DNA of 64,000 nucleotides, taken from Felis catus. Taxonomy: Eukaryota. Within the stretch, counting starts at the first letter, position 1. Each line of letters begins with the position of its first letter. The position numbers were made by a program, and so were the translations under genes. The DNA lies in NCBI RefSeq assembly GCF_018350175.1, contig NC_058373.1, forward strand, positions 103,790,001 to 103,854,000. Reading direction: 5' to 3'. This document shows positions 38,527 through 49,800 of the stretch, piece after piece. The notes below the pieces were generated by a model. That model searched no databases. It was not told the origin of the DNA and was given only the letters and a program-made list of their open reading frames with translations.

Positions 38527-38971
38527 TCTAGCTACATCTGTATCTTTTTGTCTCGGACTCTGAAGATGTCCTTGAGATCAGTCCAAATGACCCAACCACA
38601 TCTGAGGGCCAAAACGCAAACTAGCAGGGAGAAGCCCAGAATGGGCGTTGACATAAAACAAAACCAGAAACAGAACCCCTCCAAAACACCCCACGTTACC
38701 CTCACAGGGTTTCCACGACGTTGGGCGGAAGCGGCGACCCCAGGAGCGCGCTGCCTCCCCTCCTCCCACTCCCGCCCTCACCTCCAGGTCAGAAATTTTT
38801 CGCAATGCTCGTGACTACACCTAAAAAATTTACAAGGGAGAAAAACACGGCATGCTTCAGAAGAACTCCACGTTCGCAGAAGTGTGCATCAGTCGGTCTA
38901 TTGGAGGTACCGGGGCGATGGTAGACAGGAGGACACATGGACATAGGCAGGCAAGACAGACGGACACTTAC

Positions 38972-39039
38972 CTTACAGCCGCATGGGAAGTTAGAAAAAA
39001 AATTAAATTATCCTTCAAAATTCCAAATAGCCAGCTATC
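38972..39039 (-). other. OTX2: OTX2 distal non-coding exon (68 nt)
   Basis: Acceptor GATTTCTTTTAG| ending at 39040; consensus donor AAG|GTAAGT at 38971. Confidence 0.75.
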
Positions 39040-39190
39040 CTAAAAGAAATCAAGAGTATTGAGTTAGAAATCTTGCTGTCTTCACCCCTCCGTAAAAAGT
39101 CAAACAACGAAAAAAAAATATTTTTAAGAATCGAAAATGAGGAAAGTAGCTCGAGTTGGAAACACGCGTGGGTCCCTCTGTGATACATAC

Positions 39191-39325
39191 AAAGTAGACG
39201 TGGTGAGGGCTGCTCTAGCGATTTTTATTTTTAATAACAGTGGAGGCTGAGTTGGAGCTGAGGTCGGTCCCGCTCTCAGGGAGATTTGCTGAGAAAGCGC
39301 CTCTCTGGCAACTTTTTGACGCAAA
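39191..39325 (-). other. OTX2: OTX2 distal first non-coding exon (TSS approximate)
   Basis: Donor TTT|GTATGT at 39190 gives a 151-nt intron to the 39040 acceptor; CCAAT at 39334-39338 just upstream. Confidence 0.65.
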
Positions 39326-39699
39326 CTCTCCAACCAATGGCAGGGAGAGAATGATTGACACATCTAAGCCAGAGGGAAAATAATAAAAACACACAACAGG
39401 GGGAGGAAAACAGGCCGCTGCTGCACGGGGGGACGAGCAGGCAACAAATCCAGGCCTCCGACATTACCAGAATGTTCTTGAAAGACACTGGGCTCCGCTT
39501 AAAATATACATTATGGGCTGGAGCATGTGAACTAATTGTATAATTAAAATGATGGACAGGGAGGCCTCCCTTACCTTCCTTCTCCTTTTCTTCTTTTCGT
39601 TCTTTTCCTCCCCCCCCCCCCTTTTTGTTTTGTTTTGATTTTAGGGAAGGGGAGAAAGGAAACCCATACAATACGATGGAAAGATAAAAATATTTAGGT

Positions 39700-41200
39700 A
39701 AATGTTGGAGAAGAGTGAGGGTGGGGGTGGGTTATCGCGTTCACCGCCACCAGGAAGGGTGTAGATCAAACGCAGAGAGCAAGTCAGGCTGAAGCCTAAA
39801 GCCACCACTGTGCTGTCTTAACCAGGATCGGACCACGCTGAGGGCCAGAAAGGGTGAAAGGAGGCGGCCTGGGAGTGAAGTGTGGGCGTGTAGGCAAGAG
39901 AGAGACAGATGCACAAGTCCAAGAACAAACTATTTTCAAAAACTCGTGTCTCTCCCGCTCGATGCGCCCTTCTAAATATTCCACGGTCCCCGGAGGAGAG
40001 ACTGGACTCGTGGGATCCGCGCAGGGCTTTTAGAGTTGGAAAGAAACCCAAGGCAGGCTGCAAAGAACACCAACCGGGGAATCTAACCCCAGGGCCGGTT
40101 TGGGGAGACCACAGGAGCCAGGTCAGGACTCGGGGATGGAAGAGGGGTCGGCCGGACACCGGGGGAGGGAGCGAACGCAGGAGGCCCACGCTGGAAACAG
40201 AGTGTCCACGTTAATACAAACGCTACTCAATGCCCGCCGGCGCGGCCTGGAGCAAACAGCCCGCGCGGCCCGAGCCGGGGGCTGAGAGCCCGGAGGCGGG
40301 AGAGCGGCAGCACCAGGGGACCCGAGCCAGAGAGCGCACCCCAGCCTAACTTTAATGCTGGCACAGAGAGCGGGACCCGACAGCCTTCAAACCGGTCTGA
40401 GTCCCTAGAAAAGCAGAAACAGATTGGGCGGAGGAGTCGCGGGGGGGGGGGGGGGGTGAACAAGGGGACCGGCTGAGGGTGTGAGTGGTAGGTGGGGGGA
40501 GCAGAAGACATTTCTTCCCTCACAACTCCCAATGCCGGAAAAGAAAAATAAAATCTCTTTCTAAACACCCTCCCCCTTCAACCACCACCACCACCACCAC
40601 CACGGCAAGTGGGCCCAAAGAAACAGCTCGCTGCCTTTAATTTGGGGACCTATGTTAATGAAGTTGGTAATTAATTCGTCGCTTTGTTGTCGGTTCTTAT
40701 ACTGTATGTGTAATCAAATGTGGCCGTCCTTGGGATTTACAGCAATTAACGAATTACGGGAGTGCGCACGAGGCAGCAAGCGCACGGCAGCCCGGCTGGA
40801 CTCCGGCTCCGGCTCCGGCTGCGGCTCGGCCTAGGGCTGGGCATTCGGCGGCCGCGGCCAGCCTCGCAGGTGTCTCTAGAGCTTTGGGCCCCGGCGTACC
40901 AGCGAGCCCCCGAGCGGCCCGGGGTCTGCCCAGCAGCTCCAGTCCGGAGAGACCCGCTGGCTGTCGCGTTCCCAGGAGTCGCGACATTGTGGGGTCCCGG
41001 GCTGAGGGGGGAGGGTGAGTACGGACCTTTTTTTTCTCACCCCGCCCCCTCTGTTCTAAAACACCTGGCGACTGCTCCCCCACCCCGGGCCTTTAATGGG
41101 GGGGGGGGGAGAGAAGAGCCACAAATGCCCCAGGCGGTCTGGCCCATTGGTTGGGAGCACTTGGCCAGAGTCGGGATACTTTCGGTGAAGGAAGGGCAAA
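39700..41200. promoter_or_regulatory. CpG island in the bidirectional promoter region
   Basis: High CpG density between the divergent OTX2 and antisense exons. Confidence 0.8.
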
Positions 41201-41371
41201 TCCACCCAGCTCCCCTGAGCCAGAGCCTCCTTCCTACTCCGAGAAAAGACAGGGATTCTCCCAGTTTGATCGCAATGATGTTTAAAGCATCAAAGAACGA
41301 AAAAGAAAAATGGACGTTGTGCGTCTGGTGGAGGGGAAGGGCCGAAGGGAGGCCTTGGGGACAGTGGAGGT

Positions 41372-41372
<1 letters not shown>

Positions 41373-41416
<44 letters not shown>
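41373..41416. repeat. (GT)n microsatellite
   Basis: Read directly. Confidence 0.97.
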
Positions 41417-41419
<3 letters not shown>

Positions 41420-41998
41420 AATATCAGAATATGCGCTTGTGTTCTCCACGAAGTACGGGGAGCGTTTTAGGCCCAGAGATCTATGTGCTGTGGGGGGTCC
41501 ATTGGTGTGGGAAACCCGTCGAACCCTACCGAGAGGTTTGCGGTGTCCTCTCAGTTGGCGGGGGCAGCTAAATCTCCCTGAAAATTCCCGGGTTCTGTCG
41601 GACAAGGGCACATTTCTGAGCGGTGGGGTGTGGGAGGGCTTTTCCCTTTACTGCGGCTGGGAGCAGACAGCTCTCGCTTCTCCTTTGCCCTTTAGTCTAA
41701 TAACTTCGCAGAAATGCAGGACCAATAAACCACGAGTTGGAAATGGACAGTGTTAAATAAACAAGGGTCTCTTTAAAATTCCCATCCACTTCAGATGTCT
41801 AAAGTAAGATTGTGATGATTTTGTCACGGTTTGGTAAATTTACCCCTTTAAGAGGCTTTCATAAATCCCAGAACACACCTTCAGCCAGATTTGAATATAG
41901 ATTTAGGTTTTAAAACCCAGAAGCTGGAAACGCCGCTTTATCAAAGAGAATTTCCCTTTAGCTTAGCAATGTGCTGAAGCTCTTAAAAGATTGGATCT

Positions 41999-42006
41999 GA
42001 GAGAGA

Positions 42007-42038
<32 letters not shown>

Positions 42039-42062
42039 CAGAGAGAGACAGAGAGGAGAAAG
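41999..42062. repeat. Interrupted (GA)n repeat
   Basis: Read directly. Confidence 0.95.
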
Positions 42063-45000
42063 AGAACTAGAGACACAGGCAGACGGGGGGGAAAAAAGAC
42101 TTTCTTTTTCTTTCTAGAGGAATTCTGCCCAGACTCTGCAGCAGTTGGTAGCAAGAAAGCTTTCTCCTGGGTGTCTCCTGGAAAAGTTGCAAAATTGCTC
42201 TTCACCTGTAAGAACATGCTCTTTATCTTCCAGTCTCTTCTTGTCAATTTGGAAATTGCAGACAGCCCGGCTCAGGTACAGTCCCCACAAACCATACTGT
42301 AGGTCAGGACAAAAGCCACTGGCTTTGGTGGCAGGGGGGGTTGGGCTGTTGTACGAAAACCGCAGAGGCTTGGTGGGAGAAAAAGACTCCTTGGATGAAA
42401 AGTCTAACTCTTGATTTCCAGTAAGTCCTTGAACTTCCAATATACTTACTATGTGGTCATTGTATTTTCTCTGTTCATGTTTAACTTTTTTCTCCCCCTA
42501 CATCTTCTGTCTTTAGATTTTTTTTTTTCTATGAATCTGACTTGTGGTAGGTAGCATGCTTTGTGTTTGTAAGTAATTTTCATTAACAAGTGGATGGTTT
42601 TTAATTGCCATAAGTACAACTGTCTTGCTATCAATATGAGATATAAGTATTCAGAAGTGAAATTAAGAAAACCAGTACATAGGAAATCAAATTGTTTGTC
42701 AGAGCTTGCATACAGTTTCCAAAATATGGCTGATATTCATATTTTGAAATCTAGATTAATGTCTCACGCTAGCTGGATTTACTTTCTCCACCCCACTTGC
42801 CAGGCCAGTTTAAAATATTCCAAACTTTCCTCCAAGTTTATTAACTATGGTGCTGTGGGGGGGGGGGGGGGGGAGGAGTAGAGGAGTGGGAAGAGAAAGG
42901 AGAAAGATTTCAGGATTCTTCCAGGCTAATTAAAAAAGAAGAAGAACAAAACCCATATTCCGTGAGAACACCGCCTCTCAGGGGGAAAGGAGCCAGTTAG
43001 ACTCCCTGAACACTTACTTCAGAAATATGAAGATTAATTTCCAATCTTTTCAGCGATTCAGTGGACAGTAGGGGACCACATCTTGCCTTAGAACTGCCAC
43101 GATATTTAGAAAGAAGTCATTTTTCATTAGGTTTTTAGATATGTCTTTATTAAAAACTTTGACAAGATTAACTTTAATTAATTTTTTAACGAGGGTTAAA
43201 GATTGGCAATGCAGGCAGAATTTGGAGGGAAATAGAAAGCAGTAGATCACTTGTGAATTAAGCTTGAGTTGCTTATTCCCTGCATTTACGATTGCCTCAG
43301 AAAAGAGGGTAAGGGAGAAAGAAACAACTTCAAAGATAGGATTGTGCTGTCTTGATAAAAGAGTAGGAGGCAAATTCCAAATGCAGAAAAGAGGAAAAGA
43401 GGACCATGTTGTTCCGGAATGAAACGGATTAAGATTGTGTGACAAGTGCGAGATGTGGGGCTGGGAGACATTTATGAGCTGAGTGTGAGCTGGTTGCTGT
43501 GCGTCTGTCCCTGAGCATGTGGGGACCCAGGGTGTGTGCAGAGCAAGGTTAGGGTGGGGGATAGGAAGGGTTGGTGTGTGAGAGACGGAGAGCAATATGA
43601 GGGTGTGAGTGTGGGTGTGGGTGTGCGTTAGGAGGGTGTGGACGGGAATGTGGATGGATTGATGAGGGGTGGTAGCTGTCAGTTTATATAATTTTCATCT
43701 TCTGGTCCCGAACTTTCCTTGAAATCAATCCTACTGCAGGCAGTAGCCTTGAGCTTACAGAGCTGATATAAAACAACCATTACAGTCCAATATCTTGCCT
43801 GTTTGCAAACTTCATTTAAAACTGGGGGAAAAAAGACCCAGGAATGGTTTTGTAAGAAAGGGAAAAAAGAAGAAAAGAAAACCGCAGTGAAGCTTTAAAC
43901 TAGTTTGGATAAATCTCTAATCTTTTATTTGTAACCTTTTACAAGCTTTATTTCCCGTATATGAAAAGCTTCTTTTATATGGGCACGACAGACTTTTCCT
44001 TTGGATTTTTAATTAGAGCCCATCAATTGTAGCCATATTTAAGAATCAATATAAAGTAATCCTTCGAGATGGGATAAGGTTTTAATCGAAAATCTAATTT
44101 CCCACTCTTTGCAGATCATTTTGAGGGGCTGGTTGATTAAAAAAGAGTTCAATTTTTAAAAGACATAACACCTAAGACCTGGAAAGATCATGTCCGCAGA
44201 AAAAGCAACTGATGTTTTCTTACAAAGAAAAAAGTCTGGCTGTTGTTGGGAACTTTTTTTTTTCTATTTAGAAGAATTTGACTTATTTTTCGCTCAAACA
44301 CTACTCTCTGCTGTGGCTCCTATGAGGGTATTCACATTGAATGGGGAGAGAAAAAAAAGAGGAATTGTTTGTCTAAAACAGTATTTCATATGCAAAAGAC
44401 AGTAACTTAAATTTTTTATTAACAAAGAAAACATAGATTTTGATAGATCTTTTTCACTACAACCTCAAAAAATCCCAAGATTAGAAAACGAATAACACAT
44501 TTTTCATTTTTGTTCAATGGATGCAAACTTTCCACTTTCACATCTAGGAATGAATATTTTCAACAGATTTTTAAACTTCTACATTAGAATTTTGCAATTT
44601 TAATTTTCTTACAATTGAAAAGTTGCCTATCACAAAAGCATAGAATTGTAAACAGTTGTACCAGATTCACTAGCTTTGAATTTGTCTTTTTTTTTTTTTA
44701 AGGAAGAAAAATGATAGCGAGGAAGGAAGTAAATAAACACAAACTAATTGTAGGTGCACAGCCCAGACATTTTTTTGCTTCTTAATGATCAGGCTGAGGC
44801 ATTTGTTCAAAAACTGCTCATTATCTAAATGGGCACAGTGCATTTTCTGCAAACACACCACTATTCTGTAAGATCTGCAAATCATCTCTAAACTAGAGGA
44901 GATCCCCCCTAAAGTTTATAGACGCATTTTCAGACATTCACTGACTTGTTTTTATTGTTACATCTGTTAAGTGCATTTCAAAAAAAGAACTCATGGTATT

Positions 45001-45479
45001 TGCTTTTTAAAATCTGAATGGAGCGGTTTGAACATAGTTGCTGCTCATGCTTTTCTTTTATCTGCAGAAATTTCAATTTATTTAAAAGCTTGGCGTTTAA
45101 TGCACTACATGACCGCATAAATTTTAGAGAAACTCTCTTGCATTTCTCTGTAATCGCGTCTAATGAAAACCTGGGATTTTCCATTATTAAAAAAATGTGA
45201 AAAAATAATGCATCTTCATTAGGAAAATTGACTGCTGTGCTCACGACAGTTCTTAATTGAAAAGGCAACCTATTTTAATGGTGTGGTTGAGAAGAAGATT
45301 ACATACTTTATCCAAACACAAAGACAATTAATAATGAGAAGCAGGCTGCTGCCATTAACTCTAATGCAGTTGCATCAATGTCAGTGAGAAGTGCTCATAC
45401 CTGAGATACATGGTGCAAACTCCCCCGGCTCCCTCCTTCCCCAATTCACCCACTCCTTAATTTGGGTTTCTTAAGCAAG

Positions 45480-46800
45480 CGCCTGGACCGGCTGTGATCC
45501 GGCGGGCTAGTGTCATGCAAATGCGGCGCGGGGCCAGGCGCCCCTTCTTCCCGCGGGTCGCGCGGTCCGGGACAGCGCCGCCCGGCCGGAGGCTCCCCGG
45601 CTGCGGGAGGCTCCCTGGCTGCGGGAGGCTCCCCGGCTGCGGGAGGCTCCGCGCACACCTCGCGCGCTCCCGCCTGTGCGCGGAGCCTGGCCAGGGCAGC
45701 CGCGGCCCCCGCGCGCCGGAGGGTTTGGAGACCCAGGGCTACCTGGTACATGTTAAGAAGTTTACCAAAAGGGACCGGGCGGCCTCGGAGTCTGGGTTCT
45801 GCTTTGATTCGCTTACGGAAAGGTCGTAGGGGGGAAAAAAATCTTTTAAAATTGAGAGTGTGGTGGGGACGTCTGGGCGCAAGTGGTCATCCGGCGGATT
45901 CATCAAGTTTCCAAAGCGCCCCCTCTCCAACTCGGGCCCGGAGAGCAGAGCGTGCGTGTGTGCGTGTGCGCGCGCTCCTGTGTCTCCGTGTGTGTGTGTG
46001 CGCGTGTGTGCTTGCGCGTGCGTGTGCGTGTGCGTGTGCGTTGAAGGGGAGATCCCGACCTTTCCTGGGTTCGAGCACGCCAGGCTGCTCCAGGCTGGGA
46101 GCTAGGGAGGAGGCGGCAGCCACCTCTCTGCTTTTTCTTTCCTCTGCGAGGCGCGGCCAATTCAGGCCTCCAGCCGGCTGCCTCGAACCCGGGCCGGCGA
46201 GCTGCAGGAGACAGCGCGGGAAGGGGGGTGGGGGGACCCGGGGCTCCCAGGCCTTGGCGCTGGGGGTAGCGGCGGCGCCTTGTGCCAGGCGCGGCGCGGC
46301 CCGGCGCTCCTGGGCTCGAGGACTCGAGGGTGCGATCTGCCCTTGGTCGGCCCTGCAGCCGCCAGGCCCCAGGGAGGCGTGCAGGTTGAGGATGGGGCAG
46401 ATCTCAATTTGGGTCTCTACGAGGGGCTTTGGCGCCCGAGGAGGGCTAGGCGCCTGCTGCGTGGCGTACTGCAGCCCTCCGAACCAGCTCTGCCCCTGGC
46501 CCTTCCCCAGCTCAGTTTCCCCAAAGAGGCTCAGAGCAGCGCGGGGGGGGGGGGGGGGGGGGAGGGGAGGGAGCGCCCCTCAATCGGTATTACTCCCTTC
46601 TCCCAGTGTGAACCAGGGCCGGGCTGCAGGCTAACAGGAGCTTTCACGCGAGGTGGTCACCTGCCTTCACCAAAGGGCTGGTGGGGGGGGGGGGGGGCGT
46701 GCTCCTTTGGGAAATTCTGGAGGCTTCTCGCATTGGCCAGCCATGCGCAGCGACCGGGAGAGAGAGTGTGCTGGGTGAGAACTACACACACGCATCCTGC
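45480..46800. promoter_or_regulatory. Upstream CpG island
   Basis: High CpG density; octamer ATGCAAAT 45515-45522 at its edge. Confidence 0.85.
45588..45650. repeat. 18-bp GC-rich minisatellite x3.5 (ggaggctccccggctgcg)
   Basis: Units start at 45588, 45606, 45624, 45642. Confidence 0.95.
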
Positions 46801-47483
46801 AGAGGAAGAGTGAGGGACCCCATTCTCTAAGGCCCGACAGGCTACATCTCTACCCCTTGAGGGACAGCTTCACAGGGAAGTTCCTTCCACACATGCCACA
46901 CTTCCCTCTGCAGCCCTCAGAGTCCCTGGGCCCACCTTGTCCTACCCCACTTTCCCTCTGGTTTCCACCTTTTCATCTACAGACATCCTGCAGATTTGCC
47001 ATTTTTTGTTTCTGCCCACTGGTCAGGGATCCTCTCAAACCTGAAGACAAGAGGACCTGGAGTTTCCCTGAAGCCCAGGCTCCTCCGCTCCCTCCCTCAG
47101 GATAGGTGATCTCTGGGACATTGAAACCTCCCTTTGGTGAAAGCCAGCCATGGGCTACTTGGCATGGTCTGCCCTACATCTCTATGATGTATCTAGAGCT
47201 TTTCCTGTTCCTTTTGACTACCTTTTTCACATTGCAAAGGTTGAAGTACTCCAGTTATTATTTATCAGCAAATCTCAGCTTCTGCTGGTGCTGAGGCTAA
47301 ATGTGTCAGCTGAGTATCAAGGGGGAGACCAGGTCTCTTAGACCAGAGAGAAGTGATTTTCTTCTTGGGAGAGCATGAACCTTAGATGTCATACTTGCCC
47401 AAGAACATAAGAGCAACAACAAACTAACTTGTATTTATGGATCTGTTTCTTGACATATGACCTATGGGTGCTGGAGACATCTT

Positions 47484-47692
47484 TTTTTTTTTTTTAAGTT
47501 TTATTTATTTTTGAGAGACAGACGGAGTGGGGGAGGGGCAGAGAGAGAGGGAGAGAGAGAATCCCAAGCAGGCTCTGCACTGTCAGCACAGAGTCCAATG
47601 TGGGGCTCGAACTCCTACACCGTGAGATCATGACCTGAGCTGAAACTAAGAAAGAGTTGGACTCTTAACCGACTGAGCCACCCAGTTGCTCC
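47484..47692 (-). mobile_element. CanSINE
   Basis: TSD tgctggagacatctt. Confidence 0.95.
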
Positions 47693-48388
47693 AGATGCTG
47701 GAGACATCTTTATTAGCATGTATGGACTTTGGATAGCCAACCAATAATGACATTCCTAATCATTTATTGAAAATTATTTAAGCTAGTTCAGCAAAAGACC
47801 GTAGCTCTTAGCCTAAATGGCAGGTTTCTGACAGCTTATTCAATGAGCAAACAAGCAAAAAACGAAAGATATCATCGCTTCCAATACTTAACTCCTGAAT
47901 GTAACAGTCACCACTTAAGGGACACGCAGACCACACCAAAAGTAGATGGTGTGGTCTAAGTTATTATTGGAAAAGCAGTTTCTTTCTGATTGTGCTCTCT
48001 TGTATATAATGCACAAAATTATGTCAAAGAAACAGAAGAACCAGGCATGGTTTATAGATATTGGGTATCAACAGAATCATGGCCCCAAGTGTATCCTGAC
48101 CTTTCCCTGCTGTTTTGGGAAAAAGCAGAAGTCGCAAAGACCTTGGTGAAGACTTTTTCTAACAGAAACATTCTGTAGACACTATGTATTCACCAAGGAG
48201 TAGGTCACCTCGAGTCAGCCTGCGTCTGTGTCAAAACACCTGGAAGGAAATTAAACAATTCCATTATTTTTAAGAAATATTTTTAAATGTCCTTGTTGTT
48301 GACTTTGGGTGGATACAACCCCAGTCAACTCTAGAATCCTAATGAAGATATTCCAGTAAAAGAAAAAAAAATTACCCTAGACCACACA

Positions 48389-48851
48389 ATAGTAGCCCCT
48401 TATCTGTGGTTTCACTTTACACGGTTTCAGTTACCCAAGGTCAACTGCGATGTGGAAGCAGATGATCTTCCTGCTGGCCCATCATCAGAGAGTCAACAGT
48501 AGCCTAAAGCTACGTCACAATGCTTATGTCATTCACCTCAATTCATCTCAATTCCAAGGCATTTTATCATCTTGCATCATCACAAGGAGAGGAAGAATGA
48601 ATACGGTACAATAAGATATTTTGAGAGAGAGAGAGACCACATTTGTGTAATTTTTATTACAGTATATTGTCATAATTGTTCTTTTATTATTAATTATTGT
48701 TAATCTCATGCTGTGCCTAGCTTATGAATTTTTGATAGGTATGTAGGTATAGGAAAAAACATAGTGTATATAGGGTTCGGTTCTGGCTGCGGTTTCAGGC
48801 ATCCTGTAGGGGTCTTGGAACATATCCCCCTGCAGTTAAGGGGAGACTGCT
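48389..48851 (-). mobile_element. Tigger-family (MER44/Tigger7-like) DNA transposon
   Basis: Terminal inverted repeats tagtagccccttatctgtgg and ctgcagttaagggggagactgcta; reverse strand reads gggggatatgttccaagacccc...gatgcctgaaaccgc. Confidence 0.8.
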
Positions 48852-49684
48852 ATAGCGTCTTAAATCTGATTGCACATTTGGATCAATTTGGTTGATTAAC
48901 CAATTTATTCATACATGGCAGGATGGATAAATCTATTTCTTTTTCATGTGCAGAATTTTTCATTGAAGTCTCTGATTTCTCTAAAGGTTTGTGATTTGCG
49001 ATGTAAGAAGTCTCCAGAGTACATGCATTTTTTTTTAAGTGGACTGTAACATGAACTCGCATTGCTTCCTTCCTTCATTTCTTCATTTAGCAAACATATT
49101 TGGGATCCCACTGTATACTATGCGATTGTCAGGCATCGATTATGCTCAGGACCAGGAGCTAAGTTGTTGTTTTTTCTCACTTAAAGCAGAAGGCAGATGG
49201 TTATATAATAAACGTTTGGTCTAAAGGTATACATTATCTACTTTCTTCTGGGAAATTCACCATCCCAAATCTGAGGACAGAAGTCATCTTGATTTTTCTG
49301 CTTTCCAGAGTATAGATTATTGGAGACAAAAATTAAGCCTGGAGAGATTTGTGAGTTGCTCAAAGTTGTAAGACCTTGTTGGTCATTCACAGCAGTGCTC
49401 CTAGAGAAAGCTGTAGGAATTGTTTGTATTAACAGACACAAGTAGATGACTCTTAATGTTCAAATTTGGTTTGTTTCTAAAAAATAAAATCAGAAGGCAA
49501 CTGAGTGTATAATTTATTGCATGTTTAGATAAATTATGTGCTCTTCAGTAACAGATAACTTTTTCATAGGAATAAAAACAAATTTGATATTTAACCTTCT
49601 TTTAGCCAATATCTAAAAGACGTAGAGATGGTGTGTATGCCATCATTACATTCTTACCTTATTTTTAAGAGAATGTAAAGAGTC

Positions 49685-49800
49685 GGATGCCTGGCTGGAT
49701 CAGTCAACAGAGCATACGACTCTTGATCTCGGGGTCTTGAGTTTCAGCCCCATGTGCGTCGTATTTAGTTAAAATTTAAAAATCAATTAATTTTGAAAAG
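49685..49800 (+). mobile_element. Short diverged CanSINE
   Basis: ggatgcctggctggatcagtc...gactcttgatctcggggtc; TSD gagaatg(t/c)aaa. Confidence 0.85.

Larger units (their letters stand above)
40760..42420 (+). ncRNA. OTX2-AS1: Probable 5' exons of the divergent antisense lncRNA (OTX2-AS1/Otx2os1 orthologue): ~40760-41014 and 42118-42420
   Basis: CpG island ~1.5 kb upstream of the distal OTX2 start; donor AGG|GTGAGT at 41015; acceptor TTTCTTTTTCTTTCTAG| ending 42117; donor CCA|GTAAGT at 42421; position fits the known human/mouse arrangement. Confidence 0.55.

Noticed and set aside
40762..41756. 218-aa and 148-aa ORFs as a protein product of the antisense gene
   Set aside because: They cross the 41015 donor and a (GT)n repeat; translations are low-complexity.
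45510..46634. 374-aa plus-strand ORF
   Set aside because: Non-ATG start, Gly/Ala/Arg/Pro-rich, and runs through a minisatellite, a dinucleotide tract and G20; typical stop-poor CpG-island artefact with no recognisable domain.
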